Assembly (NCBI GenBank): GCA_017654855.1 | Contig: CM030333.1 | Location: 930,001-994,000, forward strand | DNA from: Podospora anserina | Taxonomy: Eukaryota | Length of the DNA: 64,000 bases | Reading direction: 5' to 3' | Shown here: one piece after another, positions 37,792-49,286 of the stretch | How positions within the stretch are numbered: the first letter of the stretch is position 1 | Layout: each line of letters starts with the position of its first letter | Made by a program: the position numbers and the translations under genes | Notes under the pieces: model-generated | Seen by the model: the letters and a program-made list of their open reading frames with translations, nothing else | Told to the model about the DNA's origin: nothing | The model's database searches: none

Positions 37792-40126
37792 TTTGGGCTT
37801 TGCTGTGTGGTTTTGGGCTGGGAGAAGGTGAAGTGAGTGGTGAAGCTGTTGTCAGTGGCCTCTTTCCCCTGTAGTTTAATTGACCCGACGTGGAGCTTTC
37901 CTGGGCGCGGTGGGATGCGCTGCGGAACAAACCGTTGCCAAGTAGGGGGTTGCTCCAGGGTTAGGGTCTGGATGGCCCACCTATGGTTCCCAGCGCTGAA
38001 AGCTTCCACTGAGAGCTTCACTTTGGCACTGGAGCTTGGGGCAGCTCAAGAAACAGGCGATCTAACGACATCGACACCGAGAAACTAAGCGATGTTCATC
38101 AGGGAGAGATCTAAACACAGTTTGATATCATCGTCGACGACCGATTATACAACATCTTGAAATGTCATAAAGCATTTGAACAATTCCGGCCGAGCATGGA
38201 ACCTGGATTGACTTTGGCAAGCAGTTTACCAACATCACAGCATCGTTGGGCCATTTCTGGGTCGGAGATCAAACAAACATCATGCGCCAACTCCCACGAC
38301 AATATCATTCCTTCTTATTATTACAACTTTGAATGAAGCTTTCCAACCTCGGCATCTGATCACTCACACCTTCACACTGAATACCAGCATCAACGAGCAC
38401 CGCCATCGCCTCCTACTCGACATTGAGCTTTGGAAGCTCTGGTGTGAAGGAGCTTACATCGGGTCATCCTCACCATCACTGCCGTCCTTTCGGATAGTTC
38501 TTTGGCTCAAATGGCGGCGAGTGGTCTCTCAGCCACACCGTGAACTCCGACGGCGCCGGTTAGAAGGAATCATTCGATGCCTGGATCGCAACGGTTCAAG
38601 CAGGCGGTCATCTTAGCTAAGTATAATCCTCTTCATTATCGCGGAATTTACTCCACCGTTCGTCACAAAGCCTGGGTTGCACGACTTGGAAAGTTGAAAC
38701 AGTTAGACTGTCATCATCATCCCTGCCGTCTCTCATTTCGTTGCTTGCCAACCAGTGCTCTCTCACTCCATCTCCCCCACACCGCATGAATCTGGCCCAA
38801 CCCATCCAGTTGGCCAGGTCTTCGAATGGCCAACCCAAGATTCCCTTTTGTCCGCTTTCCTATCCTGGCGAGATGCCTCGACGAAAAGAGCTTCTTCAGG
38901 TTCGATCGCCATGCCGTGCACACGGCATGGATGATTCAAGTAGCTTTCTTCAACCTCACAAGCCCGATCAAAGGTTCAGTAAAACTTCTTCTCCAGATGC
39001 CGTACCATTTCTCTCAATTGTTGGTTGTTCGTTGAACGCTAGCGAGGGGTCGAAACATGAAACTGTTGCTTTCTCAAGGCTTCAAAACTCGCGATGAACC
39101 TCGACATGGGACTCCCATGCTTGGAAGAGGAGTCCTTCGGATATCACAACCGGACCCCTGTCAGGCAAGGTGCGGCAACACCTTGCTCTCTTCATTTGCT
39201 TTCGTCAGAAATTCTCCGTCCGATGTTCTTTTTCAGGACTGCAACCTTCCTTCTCACGTCTTTGGATGCTGGTGCTCGGACGTGCTATACTTGTCACCCG
39301 CTCTTGCAGCGAAGGGACGTATTGAAGTCGGCGGTTGGAAACACTTGCTTCCGCTGCAGAGACGGGAGCGATCCTATTTTTGTTGGACCTATCTAGGAAG
39401 TTATCAACAAGTGTTGATGATGAGTCTATGTACAAGACAAACAAGTTTTGAGCAACATATGCCGAATACAATTCCCATACCGGGCCAAGAGACATAAACA
39501 AGTCTGGATACACAAACCCCTTCTCACAAAAAAACTGGTGTTCATGTTTGATACTTTATCCGTCGTTTCTAAGTAACCCTCCCTGATTGGTGGATATGGA
39601 ATCGAATCGTAGTGTGGTGGTTACATAGCGTGCCTTAATATAGCACCCCGGTCATGTCCCGTCTTGCCGCAAATGGTCCCCAGTGCCGACAGGGGGCCTT
39701 CTTCTGCCAAGGGGTTCTCGAGGAGTTCTTGGGATTCGGGTCTCAGAGTTCGGCCATGGCGGGGATCCCGCCCCTTCACCACCAGCCGCCCTATGACAGT
39801 GGTATCGTTCGGCGATGGCTTGGGCGCACCACGATGGAAGCATACAAAGGGTGGTCATGCCCCCCTGCTGCTCATCCTCGCCTCCGCCACAGCCGTTTGT
39901 TGCTCAAGGATTCTTACCTTGTCGCTCTCTCTCTTTCTCTCTTCACAAACCCAGGCACAGGTTGTCCAGTGTCATGAATATCTCTTGGGTACTCTCCAAC
40001 TGTTGATGGATCCTTTCTAATCAAACTTTCTCTTCTCCGCTGCCGGCTTGTGTTCTTTCTTGGTTTCTTATGTGTTGTGCTTTTCCTTCTTTTTCTTCTC
40101 AGGGTCAGCATCTTATATTGCGGGAC

Positions 40127-42794
40127 ATGGAGATAACCATACCTCCACGAGACCATGGACCTTCGACTTTTCGATATGCGTGGGATGAGAACGGTGAGGT
40201 GACACAGATGACAAGGTAAGCTTGACTTTTCTGTTCGCAGTCCAGTCTTCGGACGAAACCTGTCTAACACACACATGTCTCCAGAGTACGAGAGGACCAG
40301 CCATCCCCACTAGTCACACCACGACCTATCCCAGGTCGACAAACTATTCAATGGCCCTTTCAGAGCATCGTTACCGAGACGGAAATCGCCTCCCCGACAA
40401 CGACGACACACTTCCACCATCACCACCATTATCATCACAGACGGGCGACGACAGCTACGACTTGGCGACCATGGCTACAAAGGAGGAGAGATAGCGACGG
40501 GCACTCGATAGCGAGGAATTTGGTGCCAGATTACGTCGTCAACTACCTCCGAGGTGAGACACCAGAAACTGTGTCGAAGCGGAAGTATATCCACTATGGG
40601 GTGGGCAAAGAGGGGAAACGCCCACTGCCGGGGAGTTCGCATCGGCATCTCCAATCAAGAGCGGCCGAGTTTGGAGGATTTTACGATTCGGAGTCTTCAG
40701 AAGAGAGAGGGAGCGGTGACTCTGGTGGTGATCAAGAGCGCCTGGGTTTCGGCAACGAGAAACGGCGAGGAGGTGATGGCAGGGCGTTGAGGAATACTCT
40801 TCTTGTGGGGTGGAGGGCCGGGGTGGCTTTTAACACGCTGGTCGGGTTTGTGATTTTGATTGTGGGGTTCATCTGTCTGATACTGGCGATATCGAAGGCT
40901 TCATTGCTTGGAGGGGGTGGTGGGAGACTGGCGGTTTTCACGGGGAGTTGCGCGGCAACTACGAGGATTGACTGGGGATTGCATGCCGTTATTAACGTGT
41001 TTTGTGTGGTGTTATTGGCGGGGGCACATTATGTGTTTCAGGTGCTGAGCAGTCCGACGAGGGAAGAGGTCGATGAGGCTCATCGGAAATGGCAATGGTT
41101 GGATATCGGGGTGCCAAGCTTTCGAAATTTGAGGTTTATTGGGAGAGTGAGGGTGGTGCTGGCGGTTGTGGTTATGGGGGCGGCGGTTGTTACTCAGATA
41201 ATGTGAGCTTTCCCGGAGACAACAGAGGGAGAAGAAGAGGCTAACAATCCACAGGTATAATGCGGTAATCTTCACTTCGCAAACAGCGCCTGACTTCAAG
41301 GCTGCTGTCGTTACGGATGCCTTCACTCGAGGCGCATCATTCAGCAACGCTACGGAAAACAACAATGGCGGACTGAGCCGACTCGAAATTCTCAGTCTTC
41401 AGCGGCAAGCAAGCAGCGACGGCATGGCCAATTTGACGAGATCCGACTGCTTCATTCAACTCGACCGCACCCTTGAGTCCGACCTATCAGCCATTCTGCT
41501 TGTTTCCAACATCAACTCGCCTTCTTCGCTTCTCCAAACCGCTGCAGGACCCCGGACCTCGCCTTTCAGCTCGATCGTGTCCGACCAGTCCACAATTCGT
41601 TACTGTCTCTCCGCTCCTCTTATTCAGCCAAAGACGTGCGAAGTCAACCTCAATGCCTCACTGCTGGGCGTTGTCGCCCTCCTCAACTCCTTTGCGCTGG
41701 TAGCAGGCGCCTCCATTCTCTTCAAGCACCACTCCCGCTTCTCGCCTCTATGCACCCTCGGTGATGCCATCAACTCCTTTCTCAGGGAGCCCGACACTGC
41801 CACCCAGCAGTCCGGCTCACTCCTGTCCAAGAAACAGGACGTCTTGACCGGCCGCTGGGGAGCGGGCATTAACGAGCCAGCCAAATATTACATTCCCACC
41901 CACCATTACTGGATCAAATCCGTTTCTTTCACCAACCTCACCACCTTTGTAGTGGTTTGGACGGTTATCGCCTCCTTGGTAATTGTTGCCCTGGCAACAT
42001 CCGTCTGCCACGATCCAGAGCACCTCCTTACATCGTTTCCGTCAACTCTGCTCGGAGCGAAATCGCTGGTCATGTTTCCGGGGGGTATCCCACCTGCGGG
42101 CGCGGCTATCATTACTGCCCTCCCACAACTTGGGCTGGTACTTCTTTATCTCACGACGAACAGCATTCTTACGAGTTATCACTTATCCCACGAGTGCTCA
42201 CTCTTCGCGGTCTCACCCCGCCCACTTAGACTTTCTTCGCCTTTTCCCCAGGGCCTTCAGACTAGCAGTTTATTTCTCACGCTGCCGCGCCCGCTCTCGT
42301 GGCTGCTTATTTTTGGTTTTGTCGCGCTGGGCTTTCTTCTCTCTCAATCATTCGTTTTGGTGTCGGTCACTACTGGTGACATGACCGCCAACGCTGTCGG
42401 CCTGAGCGGTGTCGGGCTGTTGGCTCTGCTCTCGCTGTTGCTCATTCTATTGTTGCTAGTCTTGGGGTTAGGGTTGCGAAAGGCCCCTCCTGCTGGTCTT
42501 CAGGGGTGGGAGCTGAAAGGGAACCCTATGGTGCTGGAAGGGGGGAGTTGCTCGGCTGTTGTTGCTGCTAGGTGTCATTATCATCAGTTTTTTGTGCCGG
42601 GGGGGAATGGGACGAGGGATGGGACTACGATTAGTGGGGGGGAGAGGAGGAGGGAGCAGAGTATTTGGAAGCAGGAGTTGATTTGGGGGGTTATTAAGCC
42701 GGGGGTTGGGATGGAGGTTGGGCTTTGTGGGTTCGGGAGGGGGGAGGCTCAGGATGGGGTGGGGAGGTTAGGGGTGGGGAGGTGTTATGCTTGA
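40127..42794 (+). CDS. DUF6536-type fungal multi-pass membrane protein
   Basis: Exons 40127-40215, 40285-41202 and 41255-42794 (GTAAGC..CTAAC..CAG; GTGAGC..CTAAC..CAG) join in frame. Family-like motifs GWRAGV, LHAVINVF..QVLSSPTREEVDEAHRKWQWLDIGVPSFRNL, PLCTLGDAINSFL, SSLFLTLP, GSCSAVVAARCH; several TM segments. Confidence 0.82.
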
Positions 42795-43577
42795 TCTTTT
42801 GACTTTTTGGCGGAGGGTTTATTTGCTTTGTTTTGGGGATGGAGTTTAAAGCGGCCGGTTGCTGCTGGTTTTGGATTGGGATTATCTGGCCTAGAGCTGG
42901 GTAATGGGATTGGGTATGAAGACAAGAGCTGGAACTTGGACTTGCAGAAATGGAGGAATGAAAATGGACAGATACCCCGGAGGATTTCTGCTTATGAACA
43001 GAATTTTGACTAGTTGAACATAGATAGCAAATGAGAATGAGAACTCCCAGAGTTACATATCATCTCTTTGTTTCACTACTTTTGCATCTCCGTATGTTGA
43101 GATGCTGTGAGTGTTATGTTATTTTCTAGTACATGCAGCAGCCCTCCGCTACAGACGGCTTATTCAGAATCGAACCAATCCCCTTTCAAGCTCTGCTTTG
43201 TCAGTCCACGATTCGGAAAACTGTCGACAGCCAACAGTAGTCCGAGCCTATTACCGTTGGACGGCTGCACGTTTTCGGCAGCAAACCCCACCCAGTGACG
43301 CAACTCTCCTCCAGAAGCCGAAAGCAAGCGATCCTGGTGAGAGAGAATGCCCTGCCCCAGCACAGCCTCACGTCCAGTTTGGACATATTCCTTCAAGAAG
43401 CCCAACTGTCTCATCTTAATATCATCTCACACTCTAAACAAACAAAGTGGGGGGTCAATTGTCTTAGACGCTTACAACCGCACTTACATCAACTCACATG
43501 ATAGCTTGAGATTACCTACTGAACACCTTCAATTTGACATACCACTTACACTGTGAGGATCAACTCGGCCGGACATC

Positions 43578-45272
43578 ATGGACTCATTCAAATTCCTCAA
43601 ACGTCGCACGACGGAGCTCTTCAACTCCCTCCCCTCATCACTCCCCGCCATCAAAAGCCCTACCTTTGGCAGCGGCAACAGCAACATCATGAGGGGCACC
43701 TGGGAAAAGCTTCAGCTCCCGCCTCTTCCGAGATCAGGCCACACAGCCGACATCGTCGACGGCACCGTCTACATCTTCGGCGGCGGCAACGACAACGACG
43801 TCCACACCATCACCCTTCCCGCAAGCGGAGCCCAAGCCGATTACTACACCATCAAGGCCAAACCCGTCAAATCCACCGCCCCTAAACCCAAAGACCCCAA
43901 CCCCGACGTCCCTTCCATCTCCATTGAAGAAACCCCCAACGACGAGCCCCAAAACCTCTCCGACATTTCTCTCACCTCCCCTCCTCCCGGGTCAAAAGAC
44001 AAGGGAAAATCCCCCGCCTCACCCACCTCTTCCCTCCCAGACATCCCCCCTCCCCGCAAAGGCCACGCCTCTGCCGTGATCGGTCACAGGATCTTCCTCT
44101 TCGGCGGTTCATCCCCCTCAACCCCCTCCCAACCCCTCAACGAATCCGGCCGCGTCTGGATCTTCGACACCCGCACCCACCTCTGGTCCTTCCTCGACCC
44201 AGCCCTAGCCACACCCGCCCATCCCTCCCCTAGGTTCAACCACGCAGCAGTATCAACCCCGAAACCAGACAACTTCTCCCCCTCTTCCCATCCTTCCGGC
44301 CATACCACATGGAAAGAATGGGCCTTAGGAACCGACACCACCAACCTCCACGAGCAGGGAATCCCCCAAGATCCCGTGGTGGGTTTCCTCGCGGAAAAAG
44401 CGCGTGATCTTGACTCTGAAGGTTACGGGACGTTTATCATTTCCGGTGGTACCCTGCCCTCAGGGGAGGCGTCAGATGAAACCTGGGCGTTTGACGTCCA
44501 CTCTTCTACCTGGCAGCCTCTCCCTTCTTCCCTTTCCCCGGTGACAGGTGGGTGTAGTCTCGCGCTGGCAAAGAACAGGTTGTATAAGCTCGGCGGCGGG
44601 GAGGGTGGTGGTGGCGGTTCTGACAAGCTCACAATGGAGTATTTATCCCTCTCCCTTGACTCCTTCAACGATGTTGCTTCCGCGGGGGAGGAGGTGTTGG
44701 TTACGGCGAAGGGTGGCTGGAAACCTATTCTACCGGGGAAGGAGGATGTGGGGTATAAAACTCCGGACTTGACCGCCGTCCCTCTTGATGACGACGACGA
44801 CGACAACAGTGCCAGTTTTTGGCCAGCAGCGAGGACGAACGCTTCGTTAAGTGTAGTGACGATTGGTGGTGTCAATGGAAGAGAGTATTTGTTGCTTGCG
44901 TTTGGGGAGGACGGGCAAGGTGGGAAGATGGATGATGTTTGGGCTTTTTTGACGCCAAAGTCGGGGCATGAAAAGGGGCGGCATGGGGTGACGGAGGGGA
45001 GTTTTGTCAAGGCGCAGGATGCGGTTTGGGATGGGGTGGGGGGGTTGCTTGGTGGTGGGAGGGATAGACACCAGGAGGGGAGGTGGTTTAGGGTTGAGAT
45101 GGGGGTTGAGGATGAGGAGGATGATGATAGTTTGGATGGGCCCGGGGGGAGGGCACAAGCCGCGATGGCGAGTATTGGGGACTTGGACGAGAGTGGGGTT
45201 GTGATTTGGGGGGGTGTTGTTGGACAGGGGAATAGGGTGAAGGGGGATGGGTGGGTGATGAGGTTGAAGTGA
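43578..45272 (+). CDS. Kelch-repeat (beta-propeller) protein
   Basis: Intronless 564-aa ORF with Kelch units PRSGHT..VYIFGG, PRKGHASAVIGHRIFLFGG..VWIFD..W, ISGG..TWAFD..W and VVIWGG..DGW. Confidence 0.88.
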   Translation: MDSFKFLKRRTTELFNSLPSSLPAIKSPTFGSGNSNIMRGTWEKLQLPPLPRSGHTADIVDGTVYIFGGGNDNDVHTITLPASGAQADYYTIKAKPVKSTAPKPKDPNPDVPSISIEETPNDEPQNLSDISLTSPPPGSKDKGKSPASPTSSLPDIPPPRKGHASAVIGHRIFLFGGSSPSTPSQPLNESGRVWIFDTRTHLWSFLDPALATPAHPSPRFNHAAVSTPKPDNFSPSSHPSGHTTWKEWALGTDTTNLHEQGIPQDPVVGFLAEKARDLDSEGYGTFIISGGTLPSGEASDETWAFDVHSSTWQPLPSSLSPVTGGCSLALAKNRLYKLGGGEGGGGGSDKLTMEYLSLSLDSFNDVASAGEEVLVTAKGGWKPILPGKEDVGYKTPDLTAVPLDDDDDDNSASFWPAARTNASLSVVTIGGVNGREYLLLAFGEDGQGGKMDDVWAFLTPKSGHEKGRHGVTEGSFVKAQDAVWDGVGGLLGGGRDRHQEGRWFRVEMGVEDEEDDDSLDGPGGRAQAAMASIGDLDESGVVIWGGVVGQGNRVKGDGWVMRLK

Positions 45273-45738
45273 TTTTTGGTGTGCAGACCAGTTGGGTACA
45301 CAGGACACTGGTTCGGACAAGATTCGGTTTTTATTTTACTGTCAGTGATGATTTTTTTTTTTTTTAGCAAGGCAGCTTCTGTTGGTGGAAGAAATAGTTC
45401 CTGCAGTGTCAGTTATTGAATGATTACGGGGCTCAATATCGAGCCACCCCCTTGGCATATTTGATTTTGACTTGTCATCATTCATAAGAACTGAAGTTCC
45501 AAAAAAACAATTCGTAATGTACGATCATCACAAGCATCGAAGCAAGCAATGTATTCAAGCCGTCCTATATACTCTTGACCCCCCCTTTCCAAGCTGCGAA
45601 TGCCTGTCAACACTTTTTGTACACTCACCCCCTCGTCCCCCTCTATCATCATCACATCATATAATAAGCCCTGTTGTAGTGTGAAAACATCTAGTTTTGT
45701 AACCACATAAAATCAAACCACTCCCCCCTCTCTAAAAA

Positions 45739-46635
45739 TTACAAATCCGACCTGGTAGTCTCCACCCCCCAAGGCTCACTCGTCAGGTTCGTCAGTCCCG
45801 CGCTATTCTCACAAGTGTCCCTCCCGCTCACAGGACCCGGCTTGGGCGCCTTGCTCGCATCGTTCAAGCTCTCCTTGAGCGCGGTGAGGAGCTGCTTGGT
45901 GGTCTCGGGAGTCAGGTCCTCGTAGTACTCGTCATTGATCTGGACCATGGGCGCGTTGACGCACGCCCCCAAACACTCGACCTCGATGAAGGTGAAGAGG
46001 CCGTCGGGGGTGGTCTCGCCTTGCTTGATGCCGAGGTGTTCCTTGATTGCCTTGACGATGGCGTCTGAGCCGCAGCCGCCGAGTTGGCAGGGGGTCTGTT
46101 ATGTATAGTTAGAAATGGTTATTGATAGTGAAGGGGGGGACGTACGGTCGTGCAAGCCTGGACGTGAAACTTGCCCACGGGGGTTCGGTTGTACATGGTG
46201 TAGAAGCTGGCCACCTCGTAGACGCGCATGGGCGGCATCTCGAGGATGCGGGCGACCTCGTTCATGACCGAGATGGAGGTGAAGCCGTGCTGACGCTGGC
46301 CGAGGTCGAGGAGGGGCATGACGGCTGCTTTTTTGTACTGGGGGGGGTAGCGCTTGAGGATCTCGGTGATGATTTTCTCGTTTTGGTCGGTGAACTTGAA
46401 GGGGATGGAGGGGTTGTTGTCGGGGGTGTTGCGGTGCTTTTTTTTTTGAAGTTTAGTCTCCATTCAATATTTATAGCTTGGGGGAAGCGGGGAGACTCAC
46501 CACCATGAGGGTGTCGCTTTGCCTCCTCGCCGACATGGAGATGGCGCGGGTCTGGAGTGGTGACGAGGAGGGGGCAGCCACCCTGCTCACGGAGCGGAGG
46601 GCTGTCCGCATGACGGGGGCCAGCTTGCTCGCCAT
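45739..46635 (-). CDS. nuo-24: NADH-ubiquinone oxidoreductase 24-kDa subunit (NDUFV2/NuoE), mitochondrial
   Basis: Exons 46635-46501, 46436-46146 and 46095-45739. Arg/Ser-rich targeting peptide; [46 protein letters not shown]; 2Fe-2S ligands CTTTPC and [11 protein letters not shown]. Confidence 0.97.
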
Positions 46636-48485
46636 TGCTGCAGTGGTGGACTAGAGGGGTGGTTGAGCAATGGACGGAGGTTGTGGTTGGAGGGGGTGGC
46701 CGGCGGCGACGTCGAGGGGGAGGTTATCTTCAGGTTTGGGTTCGTCGTCGTCAATCAATTGACGATTGGCAAGCTCCCCAGTCTTGCTGCTCAATGGCCC
46801 GGGACCCACCTTGCGTTGACAATTGGTGGGGTTTGATTGGGTGAAATCGGGGCTTGTGCGGTTTATTCAATTACCCGATTTTATAGCTGCGCTCGACCGT
46901 TTTATTCAGCATTGGAGCTCATGGAGCTCCAGCATCATTTTCCCTCGAGTTATGTGTAAACACCGTCTACTAATTCCGAAACCCTCTTTTTGCTCGTCAA
47001 AAATATCCTTTCAGACCAAAAACCACAATCGACTGGAGAACGATGTGAAGCTTCAAGGCCAAGAAGAATTTAGTCCTGAGGTATGCTGAGATGAAGCTTT
47101 GAGAGGCTCGCTCCCACCTTTGGTGCCCCTTTGGCCGAACAAGGCGTTCGCGATGACACGGCCAAGTCCAGGCAAGCTCATGCCCAGTCTCCGGCTGGGT
47201 TGCTGTCAGCCTTTTGGTTCTCGAAAACGTGGACGACTTGGTGTAATATCCGGCACAGTATGGCATCTATTCAATGCCTCCTCAGCCAAGCAGTCACCGA
47301 CATTCCTTGTGTCCTCCTAACATAACCCTGAAAGGGGCTGTCTATTGACAGGCCAAGCAAGCGCTTTCAAGTGAACAGACGGCTGAGATTGATTACGTTT
47401 ACAGTCTTCTTGAGACCGCCCAGACCTTTTCCATCTACTCTGTTATTGCCTTTCTCTTTTATCCAGCCCTATATATTCTGTCGGGCTCCAATTGTGCCCC
47501 CTTGTTTCGACATGCCGCCTTCAATCTATGTCAAGCCATGGCAGCCATGGCAAGCATGCCATCCGATATCAAGATGACACTAGACTCGACCAGCTGCGAG
47601 TGCGCGCCGGTGAGATTCCATGTATGGTTCGGGAGGCTTTCCGAACGAGTCCTCCTTTTTTGACATCACGGAATCTCTCAGCTTTGATTGCGACGGGGTG
47701 ACGGCCTGCTGCTCTCACATGAGGGAGACACCCCCTTCCCGGGTTTGGGATGTTTTATTTATTACTTCCATCAATCGCAGTCAGTCAAACCGTATCGCTT
47801 AATGCAACGCGGTGGATGGGTTTTTCCGTCGGGCGGCAGCCATGGCTTCCGTGGTATTGCAGACGACCTTTGAATATCAGATCGACAACAACATGGCTGT
47901 GCCGGACCGGCCGTCAGAGATATCTTATTCGCCAGACGGCTCAACTGGGACAGTCTCCGTCTCGTTCCTATTTAGGACAGTGGTCATCCGGCCGTACTCT
48001 CTCGCAGTCCAGGTGACTTGGGCGGGATACTGCCTAAAGTCCGGAGCCAAGGGGCGGGTACGGCATTGAGACTGGCGAGTGCCATTGCGTGGCTGCCGTC
48101 CAACCCATTTACCGCGAAACGCGGAGCGCAATCTATCCCCAGTTTATCTGAATAGATTGACCTCCTGTTCAAGTCCGGGGCCCCGCGAAAATATCGACTA
48201 CCGACACGGCCGGCCGCCTGTGCCTCTTCCCAGTCCATCGCTACCCAGCCATGGCCTTGGTTGGCTGGAATAGGGATGCCGTCATCTACAATTTAGGTGC
48301 ACGTCTTGACATGTCCGGGACTTAGGAATTCGGTGCCTTTCTCGGGCGAACAGACGGGAGTAGGAGGCTCAAGAATGGCATAAATACAAAGGGGGCGACC
48401 GCTGGTAATCGAAAACCGTCCTAGAGTCACATCAAGGCAACCTACTTGACAAGTCCTGGACACTCAGCCCTGACTACACGCCACC

Positions 48486-49286
48486 ATGAAGTTCTCCTTC
48501 ATTGCCCTCCTGGCCTGCGGCCTCACGGTCGATGCTCACGCCATCTTCCAGGTATGTCAGCACCAGTCACCATCGAGGCAGGAGTCGTTTTCACGCTGAC
48601 AATCAAGGCAGAAAATCTCAGTCAACGGACAAGATAAGGGTCAGCTCACTGGCATCCGTGCTCCCAACAACAACAACCCAGTACAGAATGTGAACGACCA
48701 GAACATGGCCTGCGGACAGCCCGGCTCCAAGTCCAACACGGTTGTCAACGTTAACGCTGGTGACCGTATCGGTGCCTACTTTGGGCATGTCATCGGCGGA
48801 GCCCAGTTCCCTAACGACCGAGACCATCCCATCGCTGCCTCTCACAAGGGTCCCGTCCAGGCTTACCTTGCCAAGGTCGACAATGCTGCTACTGCCAGCT
48901 CCAACGGCCAGAAGTGGTTCAAGATCTGGCACGAAGGCTTTGATCAAGGCAGCAGGAAGTGGGGTGTCGACACTGTCATTCAGAACCAAGGCTGGACGTA
49001 TTTCAACATCCCGCAGTGCATCGCGCCGGGCCAATACCTCCTGCGCGTTGAGCTTTTGGCTCTCCACTCGGCCAACCAGCAAGGCCAGGCTCAGTTCTAC
49101 AAGTCTTGCGCTCAGATCAACATTTCGGGCTCGGGCTCCTTCACTCCTTCTCAGACCGTCTCTTTCCCCGGTGCCTACCAGGCCAACCACCCCGGTATCC
49201 TCACCAGCATCTACGGTCTCACAGGCCAGCCCGACAACGGCGGCAAGCCGTACAGCATCCCGGGCCCTGCTCCCATCTCTTGCTAA
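48486..49286 (+). CDS. AA9 lytic polysaccharide monooxygenase, catalytic domain only
   Basis: Exons 48486-48551 and 48612-49286. A 17-aa signal peptide leaves His1 (HAIFQ); second His in [34 protein letters not shown]; no CBM1. Confidence 0.96.

Noticed and set aside
40240..40265. GTCC..GGACGAAAC resembling hammerhead stem II
   Set aside because: The required CTGANGA core is absent.
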